In this document: in pieces, positions 20,616-29,574 of the stretch
How positions within the stretch are numbered: position 1 is the stretch's first letter
How the letters are laid out: each line of letters begins with the position of its first letter
NCBI GenBank assembly: GCA_963790475.1
Contig: CAWBOS010000012.1
Span: 32,001-96,000 of the forward strand
DNA: 64,000 nucleotides
Source of the DNA: an uncultured delta proteobacterium
Lineage (GTDB): Bacteria; Desulfobacterota; RBG-13-43-22
Direction: 5' to 3'
Translations under genes and position numbers: made by a program
Notes under the pieces: generated by a model
The model's database searches: none
Told to the model about the DNA's origin: nothing
Seen by the model: only the letters and a program-made list of their open reading frames with translations

Positions 20616-21242
20616 ATGACAATGAACAACATTATCCTGATAGGTTACCGCTGTACGGGAAAAACCTCTGTCGGGAAACGGCTGGCTGAGAAACTGGAGC
20701 TCCCTTTTTACGACACGGATCCAATGATCACCGACCGTATTGGGAAATCGATCAAGGCCTGGGTGGAGGAAAAGGGATGGGATTCCTTTCGTCAGGAAGA
20801 AAAAGCGGTCATTAAAGAAATTGCCTCCCGGGAACCTGGTGTTATTTCCCTGGGAGGGGGCGCGGTGATGGATCCTGAAAACAGGGAAACATTAAGACCA
20901 ATGGGCTTGATCGTCTGGCTGACCGCCGATGTCGGCACCCTCTTGACCAGAATGAAAACCGATCCCCATACTATCGACAACCGCCCTCACCTGTCAGACA
21001 AGGATTGGGAAAATGAAACCCGGGAAATCCTGACCCGGCGATCGCCGATCTACCGGCAATCATCTGATTTTTCCATAGACACGGAAGGGAAAACGGTCGA
21101 ATCCATTGCCGAAGAACTGGTTGCTCTTGTCAAGAGACAAGGCATCGGGGGCAAAAAACTTGAGGCCACAAACCCAACAAACTCGATGAACACAATGAAC
21201 CGAACAGACCAAACTGACTGGAAAGACGAAACGACTAAATAA
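20616..21242 (+). CDS. aroK: Shikimate kinase
   Basis: GYRCTGKTS P-loop, FRQEE, LGGG, RP; C-terminal tail derived from 9-bp repeats. Confidence 0.93.
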   Translation: MTMNNIILIGYRCTGKTSVGKRLAEKLELPFYDTDPMITDRIGKSIKAWVEEKGWDSFRQEEKAVIKEIASREPGVISLGGGAVMDPENRETLRPMGLIVWLTADVGTLLTRMKTDPHTIDNRPHLSDKDWENETREILTRRSPIYRQSSDFSIDTEGKTVESIAEELVALVKRQGIGGKKLEATNPTNSMNTMNRTDQTDWKDETTK

Positions 21243-21283
21243 CCAAATAGACCAAACAGACATGAAAGGCCAGAGGAGCGATT

Positions 21284-22339
21284 ATGTCCGGCAATTCAAC
21301 AGGGGTTTTATTTAAGGTTACGACTTGGGGGGAATCTCACGGGCCGGGTTTGGGTGCGGTAGTGGAGGGGTGCCCGCCTTTGATCCCGTTGACCGAGGAA
21401 GACATTCAGAAAGATTTGAAAAGGAGAAAGCCCGGACAAATTCAAAGCGCTTCTTCCCGAAAGGAAGATGATCAGGTGGAGATCCTTTCCGGGGTCTTTG
21501 AAGGCCGGACCACCGGAACCCCCATTGCCCTGCTCATCCGCAATAAAGATGCCGATAGCTCCGCCTATGATGAACTGAAAGATATTTTCCGCCCCGGTCA
21601 TGGGGATCTGACCTATTATAAAAAATACGGGGTCAGGGATCACCGGGGAGGCGGCCGGGCTTCGGGAAGGGAAACGGCGGCCCGCGTAGCGGCCGGGGCC
21701 ATTGCCAAAAAAATCCTGGCCCGGGAAAATATTGAAGTCCTGGCTTATACCCTGGAATTAGGCGGCATCAATGCCGAAATAATTTCCCTTGAGGCCACTT
21801 CCCAAAACACCCTTAGCTGTCCCGATCCTCAGGCGGCCTTAAAAATGGAAGCAAAGTTACGAGAGACCGCCGAGAAAGGGGATTCGCTGGGAGGGATTGT
21901 GGAAATCCTGGTCCGTGGATGCCCTCCGGGTCTGGGGGAACCGGTCTTTGATAAAATGGACGCCGATCTGGCCAAGGCCTTGATGAGCATCGGATCGATC
22001 AAAGGGGTGGAAATCGGTGCCGGATTTAAGGCCGCCCGGATGACCGGGTCCGAGTGTAACGATCCCATCACCCCTGACTGCTTTTTAACCAACCATGCCG
22101 GCGGGATACTGGCCGGTATAACCAATGGGGATGATCTGGTTATCCGGGTGGCTTGCAAACCCATAGCTTCCATCAGGAAAGAGCAGAAAACCATCGATCT
22201 TTCAGGGAAGCCGGTCTCCTTAGCGATCAAAGGCCGACATGATGTTTCAGTCATACCCCGCATCATCCCCGTATGCGAAGCCATGGTCAGCCTGGTGTTG
22301 GTCGATCACCTGTTAAGACAAAAGGCGATAGTCCAATGA
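21284..22339 (+). CDS. aroC: Chorismate synthase
   Basis: GESHG, RPGHGD, RGGGRASGRETA, GRHD. Confidence 0.97.
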   Translation: MSGNSTGVLFKVTTWGESHGPGLGAVVEGCPPLIPLTEEDIQKDLKRRKPGQIQSASSRKEDDQVEILSGVFEGRTTGTPIALLIRNKDADSSAYDELKDIFRPGHGDLTYYKKYGVRDHRGGGRASGRETAARVAAGAIAKKILARENIEVLAYTLELGGINAEIISLEATSQNTLSCPDPQAALKMEAKLRETAEKGDSLGGIVEILVRGCPPGLGEPVFDKMDADLAKALMSIGSIKGVEIGAGFKAARMTGSECNDPITPDCFLTNHAGGILAGITNGDDLVIRVACKPIASIRKEQKTIDLSGKPVSLAIKGRHDVSVIPRIIPVCEAMVSLVLVDHLLRQKAIVQ

Positions 22340-23109
22340 AAAAACATCAGATCGGTATTATCGGCGGGACCGGCGGTATAGGAAAATGGTTTGCCCGTTT
22401 TTTTCAGAATGAAGGTTTCAAGGTCCAGATCTCCGGAAGAAAAACCGGACTGGACATTCCCACCTTGGCCCGGGAATGTCCCATCGTGATCGTCAGTGTT
22501 CCCATCAAGGTGACCTGCCAGGTAATTGAACAGGTAGGGCCTTTGATGCCGGCCGAATCCCTGTTGATGGACCTGACCTCTCTCAAGGAAGAACCGGTTA
22601 AAACCATGCTCAAATACTCTCGGTCCGAGGTCATCGGTCTGCACCCCCTGTTCGGCCCTGAAATTAAGGCCCTGACCGGACATAATATTGTCATCTGCCC
22701 GGCCAGGGGGCAGAAATGGCTCCCCCGGATAAAGGCTGTTTTTATAAAAAACCAAGCCCGGATTATCGAGACCACCCCTGAGCGACACGATGAATGGATG
22801 GCCCTGGTCCAGGTTTTGAATCATCTGAATTCCATCACCATGGGGCTGGCCCTGAAGCGGTCCGGTTTTGATCTAAAGGAACTCAATCCGGTGTCCACAC
22901 CGGCCTTCGATGCCAAGATGGATATTCTTAAAAAAATCTTTGGACCTAATTCAGGACTTTACGCCCAAATCATCACCCAGAACCCCCATATCGACCGGGT
23001 CTTCAAGGATTATCAGCAAAGTCTTTCTGAACTGAAAAAATGGATTGACCGGAAGGATAGCGAAGGGCTCCAAAAACGGATTGAGGGCACAAAACTTTTT
23101 TCACAGTAA
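22336..23109 (+). CDS. tyrA: Prephenate/arogenate dehydrogenase
   Basis: IGIIGGTGGIG, DLTSLK, HPLFGP, HDEWMALVQ; ATG overlaps the aroC stop. Confidence 0.9.
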   Translation: MKKHQIGIIGGTGGIGKWFARFFQNEGFKVQISGRKTGLDIPTLARECPIVIVSVPIKVTCQVIEQVGPLMPAESLLMDLTSLKEEPVKTMLKYSRSEVIGLHPLFGPEIKALTGHNIVICPARGQKWLPRIKAVFIKNQARIIETTPERHDEWMALVQVLNHLNSITMGLALKRSGFDLKELNPVSTPAFDAKMDILKKIFGPNSGLYAQIITQNPHIDRVFKDYQQSLSELKKWIDRKDSEGLQKRIEGTKLFSQ

Positions 23110-23170
23110 ACGATCATGCTTCTGGAAGCGACACGAAGCATGAAAATTTTGTATAACCGGTGAGTTAAGT

Positions 23171-23262
23171 CGTCATTCCGGTCCCGCATTAGGTGCGGGA
23201 TAGACTCCAGCCGGAATCTAGGCTGAAAAACCTCTGGATGCCGGATCGAATCCGGCATGACG
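23171..23262. repeat. REP-like nested palindromic element
   Basis: CGTCATTCCGG..TCCCGCA/TGCGGGA..CCGGAAT..ATGCCGGAT-CGA-ATCCGGCAT-GACG. Confidence 0.75.
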
Positions 23263-23321
23263 GATAAACAACAAGCCTGGAGATTAATCCAGGAGATTTT
23301 CGTATAAAAAGGTAATAACTT

Positions 23322-24350
23322 ATGAGCTTCAATTATATTCGAGAAGTATCGACTCCTCAGGAGATCCTGGCGGCCATCCCGCTCTCTCAGGACCTGTCTT
23401 TGATCAAGAAAGCGCGGGATCAGGAGATCATGGCCGTCTTTACCAGGGAAAGCAAAAAGTTTCTGCTCATCATCGGCCCCTGTTCGGCCCACGATGAAGA
23501 TGCGGTTTGCGATTACATAACCAGGTTGGCCCGGGTGCAGGCTGAGGTCCAGGACAGGATCATCATTATCCCGCGAATCTATACCAATAAGCCCCGCACC
23601 AATGGTATGGGATACAAAGGGATGGTTCATCAGCCGGATCCGCTAAAAGCGCCTAATATTGTCGAGGGGATTCAGGCCATCAGGAGAATGCACATCCGCG
23701 CCCTCCGGGAATCAAACCTTCCCGCGGCCGACGAAATGCTCTATCCCGGAAACTACCCTTATCTCGAAGACGTCTTAAGTTATGTGGCCGTGGGGGCCCG
23801 TTCGGTGGAGAATCAGGCCCATCGTTTGACCTGCAGCGGTCTTGAAGTACCAGTGGGCATGAAAAATCCGACTTCCGGAGAACTCGAAGTGACTCTTAAT
23901 TCCATTCAGGCCTCTCAAGCCTCCCATGTATTCAACTATAATGGTTGGGAAGTCAAGACCACCGGCAATCCCCTGACCCATGCCGTACTCCGTGGTGCGG
24001 TGGATCACTCTAAACTGGCAGTCCCCAATTACCATTTCGAGGATCTGAACCTTTTTGCCAAGGCCTACCAGAAGAGGGAACTGCTCAACCCGACGATTAT
24101 CGTGGACACCAACCATGCCAATTCCAACAAAAAATTCGCCGAACAACCCCGCATCGCCAAAGAGGTCTTGCACAGTCGCCGTCACTCCACCCTGCTCAAG
24201 GACCTGGTTCGGGGCTTGATGATTGAGAGTTTTATTGAGGAAGGGTCGCAGCCGGCAACTGGCACCGTGTATGGAAAATCCATCACCGACCCCTGCCTGG
24301 GGTGGAAGGACAGCGAAAAGCTGATTCGTGATCTGGCCGGGATGTTGTAG
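23322..24350 (+). CDS. aroG: DAHP synthase class I-alpha
   Basis: IGPCSAH, KPRT, VGARS, GMKNPTSG, DTNHANS, GKSITDPCLGW. Confidence 0.9.
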   Translation: MSFNYIREVSTPQEILAAIPLSQDLSLIKKARDQEIMAVFTRESKKFLLIIGPCSAHDEDAVCDYITRLARVQAEVQDRIIIIPRIYTNKPRTNGMGYKGMVHQPDPLKAPNIVEGIQAIRRMHIRALRESNLPAADEMLYPGNYPYLEDVLSYVAVGARSVENQAHRLTCSGLEVPVGMKNPTSGELEVTLNSIQASQASHVFNYNGWEVKTTGNPLTHAVLRGAVDHSKLAVPNYHFEDLNLFAKAYQKRELLNPTIIVDTNHANSNKKFAEQPRIAKEVLHSRRHSTLLKDLVRGLMIESFIEEGSQPATGTVYGKSITDPCLGWKDSEKLIRDLAGML

Positions 24351-24400
24351 GCCGAGTTTCAGGAAAGAAATTGCAGATATTGGAAGGTGCTGAATTAATC

Positions 24401-25107
24401 ATGGAAACATACGCCATGACCCACCCAGGGTTGAGAAGAAAAGAAAACCAGGATCGATATTTTATCCGGGAATTTGAAGACCAAACCGTTCTATCGGCCG
24501 TGGCTGACGGCATGGGTGGCGAGGCGGGTGGCGGATTGGCCGCCCAGACAGCCATTGAGGCCTTCAAAGATTTTAATACCAACTTGGCCAATGTTGAAGA
24601 CTCATTTGCTGCTGTCTTCCAGGTCGCGGACCGAGGATCAGGGAAGAAATCAGAAAGGGTCCCCAATTGGAAGGAATGGGTACGACCCTGACCTCGGCCT
24701 ATTTAAAAAAAGGGGAAATCCATTGGGCCCATGTAGGCGACAGCCGGCTTTATCTCTTCCGGGCCGGGGGGCTGACTCAAGTTACGGAAGACCATACCTT
24801 CGTAACTCGGCTGGTCAAAGAAGGAGCGATAACCAAAGATCAGGCCAGGGTCCATCCCCTGCAAAATATTTTAATTAACTGTCTCGGATGCAAGCCGATG
24901 ATAATGAGCTCCGGCAGATTCAAGATTCAAAATAAAGATTTGGTGCTCCTTTGCACGGATGGGCTTTATCACCAAGTAAGAGACGAGGAATTAGTATCCA
25001 TACTGATCAAAAAAATCAGCATCAAGGAGAAGCTTGAGGGCCTCCTTCAGACCGCCCTGGAGGCTGGGGGGTGGGACAACATCACCCTGGTGGGAGTAAC
25101 GATTTAA
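24401..25107 (+). CDS. Stp1/PrpC-type PP2C Ser/Thr phosphatase; frameshift near 24630-24665
   Basis: RKENQD, VADGMGG | GMGTTLT, HVGDSRLY, LCTDGL, GGWDNIT. Confidence 0.85.
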
Positions 25108-25192
25108 TCCTAAGCCCGTATTGTTCTATAAAGGCATCTTCCGTAGGAAACTCCTGCAGAAAAAGCAAATTGGAACAGGTTCCAGTCTCCGT

Positions 25193-25320
25193 TTGAGAGT
25201 TTCATTGAGGAAGGATCCCAGCTGGCAAAAGGCACCGTGTATGGAAAATCCATCTCTGACCCCTGTTTGGGTTGGAAAGACAGCGGAAAACTCATCCGGG
25301 ATCTGGCCGGTCTGCTGTAG
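25193..25320 (+). repeat. Diverged direct copy of the aroG 3' end (24223-24350)
   Basis: 128 bp ungapped alignment with 20 mismatches by hand count; encodes ESFIEEGSQLAKGTVYGKSISDPCLGWKDSGKLIRDLAGLL*. Confidence 0.92.
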
Positions 25321-25455
25321 CTTGGGGCGGTTTACTGTGTAAATATTGGGTAGAGCAGAGAGCTGGCGCCGGAAATTTAGGAACCCCAACCATTTCTCAA
25401 AATAAATAGGCATAGTGTCCCCGGATTGAGCGGCCCAACTCGTTATGCGTAAACC

Positions 25456-26844
25456 CTAATCTTTCTTGGGAACTTCTTTAAGTGCAGAATTAAATAATTT
25501 TAAAAAATCATCATCATTTAACTGCGTCATGTCTACGCCAACAAAGGATTCCGTACCGTTTAGGATGAAATTAGCAATATTGCCTTCTTTATTTGTAGGT
25601 GTATACCAAATTTGGTCACCTTCTTTTTGGATCAAAAGGTCGTGAAATTTTTTCCATTGATGTTTTGGTAAATGATTATTCCTAAATATTGCTGTAATCT
25701 GACGAGCTGGATCATGTACAATTACAATAGCTTTTTTTCTTTCGTCATTCATGCGAGCGAGTATCCCACGTTGTGGAAATTTATCTAAAGGTTCTTTCTG
25801 ATAATAAATAAGAGCATAGTTCCCAGGAAGCTCACGGAGAGGGAGTTGTTTCTTCTGCATCTCGAAAAACGATTGTTGCGCTTGTATCATTGCCTCGAAG
25901 AGAAAACCCATTATAAAAGATACAACTAGTGGATGCCAAACCTGTTGGAGGGCAAACAGTATCCTTCTATGAGTGAAATTACTTTGTTTGCCATTTATTT
26001 CAAGAATATTAGGTCTGAGGATCATTTCCCTAACATAAACTGCTGCTTCTGGTTCGGTAGGATCAATAAAACCATTCTGTGTTAACTTTTCAGATTTTTT
26101 GAGGTACCGATTCCATTCCTGCTCCAAGGCATCAATAGCCTTTTGATTGCTAAAATTGTCGAATGAACTTATCGAGACACATACTGACATTAACACAGCT
26201 TCAATAATAGCCCTCTTCCATTGGGCATCCAAAGATTCTGAAATAAACCCTGGTTGGCGGAATTGCGCAACATGAAGATTTCTTACAATAGTGAAAATAT
26301 GGTCAAATGCTGCGCCTCCAATAGCATCAATTTCGTCAATTTCGCGACGTATCGGTTCTATCGCCTGAATACCAGGATTATCTATATGACATTCTAAATG
26401 TTCTTGAAAGACGATATCGCTTGCAGAGTTGGCGGTACGGGTCCCATGTCCCTTGTGCTCGTCATATACTTTTTTAAAATCTGGGTTGCTACTCATCCCG
26501 CCGATACCAATGAGAACCGCGCTAACAAGTCTAGGGTTTAAGTCGGAGGGTAATTCTTCTTGAGAACCTCTGATTACATGTTCTTCGTAGGCTGGTAAGT
26601 AATCTACTGGTAAATAACAAGCTCGCAGTATTAAATCCGCAAAATAATTATCAAGGCTAGGATTTTTTCGAGTGACGAACTTGGGGATAGGTCCGGGGGA
26701 CGTGTCATTGTCCCGCAATCCTAAGAATTCACGAAGGAGATTAGACGAAGCCAAGACTATATTCTCTACTATTGAAAATCCTTCATACACATCAGGCGTG
26801 AGGTCAGCTGGTTGAATTTGTTTCCCATCCAAGCGTCTATTCAT
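25456..26844 (-). CDS. Hypothetical protein, possibly a divergent MYG1/DHH-like phosphoesterase
   Basis: 462-aa ORF overlapping the upstream gene; PSLDNY and IGIGG...YDEH...SASDIV resemble MYG1/DHH motifs (weak). Confidence 0.5.
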   Translation of the reverse strand: MNRRLDGKQIQPADLTPDVYEGFSIVENIVLASSNLLREFLGLRDNDTSPGPIPKFVTRKNPSLDNYFADLILRACYLPVDYLPAYEEHVIRGSQEELPSDLNPRLVSAVLIGIGGMSSNPDFKKVYDEHKGHGTRTANSASDIVFQEHLECHIDNPGIQAIEPIRREIDEIDAIGGAAFDHIFTIVRNLHVAQFRQPGFISESLDAQWKRAIIEAVLMSVCVSISSFDNFSNQKAIDALEQEWNRYLKKSEKLTQNGFIDPTEPEAAVYVREMILRPNILEINGKQSNFTHRRILFALQQVWHPLVVSFIMGFLFEAMIQAQQSFFEMQKKQLPLRELPGNYALIYYQKEPLDKFPQRGILARMNDERKKAIVIVHDPARQITAIFRNNHLPKHQWKKFHDLLIQKEGDQIWYTPTNKEGNIANFILNGTESFVGVDMTQLNDDDFLKLFNSALKEVPKKD

Positions 26845-27706
26845 CTTTTTCTCCTTCTATATGTCCCGAGATAAGTCCCTTGGTTGTAGCCGCTTTAACG
26901 ACGGCTAGTGCAATGTCGTCCGAAAAATGGCGTAAATGCCGCTTAAAAACTGATCGACGAAATGCTTGTATCGTGGTATCTTCCCCCTTTTTATTGTGTC
27001 CGCAGGTGAATTCGTCCCGGAGGAAATCTTGAAAATCCTGTTTGCCCACCGGAGATGACAAGACGTCATTGATTCCATCACTCGCAATCCATAGGAATTT
27101 CAACGTTTCAATCTCCCCGCTAACATGGATGTCAACTTTTAGTTTCGGCGATCCATATTTCTCAAGTAATGATTGGTTAAAATATAGAGTGGGTGAGTTA
27201 TCAATGGGTGTTATACCATCGTCAATTCCGAAGCAGCCATCACCGAGGCCAAATACCCAGTACCGATTACGTACGACTGCAAGTCCCAGGATAGTAAATA
27301 GAAGTTTGTTAAGAATGAAATCACACCATTCTTTTGAAAGAAATGCCAGTCCTAAGCCTTTGCAGAACCTCTTAAAAAAAGTTATTGTCCTGCTGCCAGT
27401 AATTCGTAGGGCTTTTTCAAATTGAAGATCGTTAATATTGTCGCCATCACGCAATTCTTTTTCAAGAAAGTTCGCCCAACAATATGCCCCCAAAACAGCT
27501 CCAACTTGATTTTGTGTAAAACCAAAATCTGTAGTGCTGCATCCATCGCAGACTACTGCTACTTTCAAATTCGATGATTGGACTATGTGGCATGCGTCTT
27601 GACATCCAAGAGAAACCTCCTTGTGAAGCTTACCTTCCATAACAAAGGATCCAACAAGCAAGTTCGGACTCTCAGGAGCATATACGGAGTAGCTTGGTAT
27701 AGTCAT
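26837..27706 (-). CDS. PP2C-like phosphatase (TerY-P type)
   Basis: H....LGCQDA, VVCDGCS, GLGDG, IASDGI, SDDIALAV. Confidence 0.85.
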   Translation of the reverse strand: MTIPSYSVYAPESPNLLVGSFVMEGKLHKEVSLGCQDACHIVQSSNLKVAVVCDGCSTTDFGFTQNQVGAVLGAYCWANFLEKELRDGDNINDLQFEKALRITGSRTITFFKRFCKGLGLAFLSKEWCDFILNKLLFTILGLAVVRNRYWVFGLGDGCFGIDDGITPIDNSPTLYFNQSLLEKYGSPKLKVDIHVSGEIETLKFLWIASDGINDVLSSPVGKQDFQDFLRDEFTCGHNKKGEDTTIQAFRRSVFKRHLRHFSDDIALAVVKAATTKGLISGHIEGEKDE

Positions 27707-27732
27707 TTAAACCTCTTTTGCTGCCTTAATTC

Positions 27733-28824
27733 TCATGCAGAATACATCATGTCTAAGAGACGAATGCGTGCTTTATCGCGTTCTAATGTTTTCTTCCTTG
27801 CTCTCTCAATCATATCGTTCCAGAGTTCCTCCCAAAATCGTCTTTGACGATCATCTTGAATCAACCTAGCCATCAGGTTATCGGCTCTTTGGGTCCGCTG
27901 GAGAGCTTCTTCCCTTGGGAAATATGAATCCAACATGTCGACCAAAGGGACACGACCTGTTGGGTCTGATGAAAATATTTTTTTAAAATAAGCTTTAAGC
28001 TTAGGTTTACTCTCAAGCCATTTAGGGTTCCTTATATCAAACTTTGGGGGCTGGACCATAGGATCAAGCAATACTGCAGAATAATTATATGATCTAAATA
28101 CGTAAGGATCTTTGCGATATTTCGGGTGAATTCCTGCCCAAGGTGATACACCCATAAAGAGCTCAAAGGCGATGACAGCTAAAGCCCACCAATCGGTCAG
28201 AGCTGAAAACTCTTCATTAGGGCCAACTGCGTCTGGAACGCGATCCCTGATGCGCGGATCGAGATATTGAATCGTGAAACTTTCACCTGGATAATTAGGA
28301 ATTGAACAGGAGTCAAAATCGATTAAATATGGTCTAAGGTTTGAAACAAGGATATTTTGAGGTTTAAGATCGCACATGAAGACACGATTAACGTGCAGGC
28401 TTCCCAAAGCGTCGTTTATCTCATATATGAAATTGGCAATCATCTGATCAAATAGGGGTTCTTCGTTAGGAGCAATTGAAGGCTTCCAACTCATGGAATT
28501 AATCGGTTTCGCATCAGGTAGGTACTTCATAATAAAGCCAACAGCTTGGTTAGTTGGTAACCCTTCAAGGAACACCATCTGCAGCGGAGCCACGACCAGT
28601 TCGTGGAAATTCCTCTTCTGTCCGCAAAGAGTACTCAGTTTCTCACTCATTGAGGAATTAATGGGATAGTCGGGGTACATCTTGACGGCAAACTGATTAT
28701 TCAACTTAAAAACTTCGCCATCCTTACCTCCATCTATGTAATTTGAATTGGTGAGCGTGTAACGCTGTCCGTCAGCGTCAAAAATGGTGATGCCATCGAA
28801 TTTGGATTGGTAAGTAATGCTCAT
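27733..28824 (-). CDS. Ser/Thr protein kinase-like protein (TerY-P type)
   Basis: GGKDGEVF, AVKMY, H...VFMCDLKPQNILV, IDFDS, TDWWALAVIAFELFMGVSPW. Confidence 0.88.
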   Translation of the reverse strand: MSITYQSKFDGITIFDADGQRYTLTNSNYIDGGKDGEVFKLNNQFAVKMYPDYPINSSMSEKLSTLCGQKRNFHELVVAPLQMVFLEGLPTNQAVGFIMKYLPDAKPINSMSWKPSIAPNEEPLFDQMIANFIYEINDALGSLHVNRVFMCDLKPQNILVSNLRPYLIDFDSCSIPNYPGESFTIQYLDPRIRDRVPDAVGPNEEFSALTDWWALAVIAFELFMGVSPWAGIHPKYRKDPYVFRSYNYSAVLLDPMVQPPKFDIRNPKWLESKPKLKAYFKKIFSSDPTGRVPLVDMLDSYFPREEALQRTQRADNLMARLIQDDRQRRFWEELWNDMIERARKKTLERDKARIRLLDMMYSA

Positions 28825-29564
28825 TGTCTATCCTTAATTACATGACTAGAGATCAAATCCATTGCCTTGCGAATTTCTTTAGGGTCGGCGTTTCCTTCGA
28901 TGACGTCCTCAATACCGATTGATTTACCTATCGCTTTAAAATCAAAATCGCCAAGCCCAACAAGAGAGATTCGATGAATAATGCCAGTTTCCAATACGAA
29001 CTCAATGACATTTCTCAATGTTTCTGCTCTTGTCTTGCTATGTTCGTCTTTTCCATCTGTAATTACCGCGACATGAGCCATTACTTGTTGACCCAATTCC
29101 TCCGCTCCGAGTAGTATTGGTGATAACATCGCCAGTGCATGCACAATGGTATCGTATAATGCGGTTCCCCCGTCAGGAACATAGTTCTGGTCATCAAGAA
29201 GTCTAACCTTGGGATGAGCCTGGCGGATGTTGGAAGGATCTCGAAATGGGGTCACATCTTGAAAGTACGGATCCTGGACTTCATGGTTGAAAAGAATTTG
29301 ACCAAAATAAATATTAAGGGCAGAGCTTGCGCCCAACAATGAATTAATGAGGTGGTGTTGCCCATCGATCATTCCAGCCTTAAGAGGTACCATTGACCCA
29401 GATCTATCCAACAGTAACACTAAGGGACGTACGGACACGCCTTCAAGGGGTTGAATATCTTGGGCCTTATCCCGGGCCAGTGTTTGGATAATTTCCGCTA
29501 TCTCTGGCTTCATCACCCCTAAAGATACTAATTGATCGAGCGCTTGTTTTTCTGAAACCGACAT
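28821..29564 (-). CDS. vWA domain protein (TerY-like)
   Basis: MIDAS motif LLLDRSGSM, GGTALYD, VITDG. Confidence 0.88.
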   Translation of the reverse strand: MSVSEKQALDQLVSLGVMKPEIAEIIQTLARDKAQDIQPLEGVSVRPLVLLLDRSGSMVPLKAGMIDGQHHLINSLLGASSALNIYFGQILFNHEVQDPYFQDVTPFRDPSNIRQAHPKVRLLDDQNYVPDGGTALYDTIVHALAMLSPILLGAEELGQQVMAHVAVITDGKDEHSKTRAETLRNVIEFVLETGIIHRISLVGLGDFDFKAIGKSIGIEDVIEGNADPKEIRKAMDLISSHVIKDRQ

Positions 29565-29574
29565 ATCTTCCTCC

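Noticed and set aside
25121-25413. Small track ORFs at the island edge
   Set aside because: They are alternate-frame readings of the duplicated aroG tail and a repeat.
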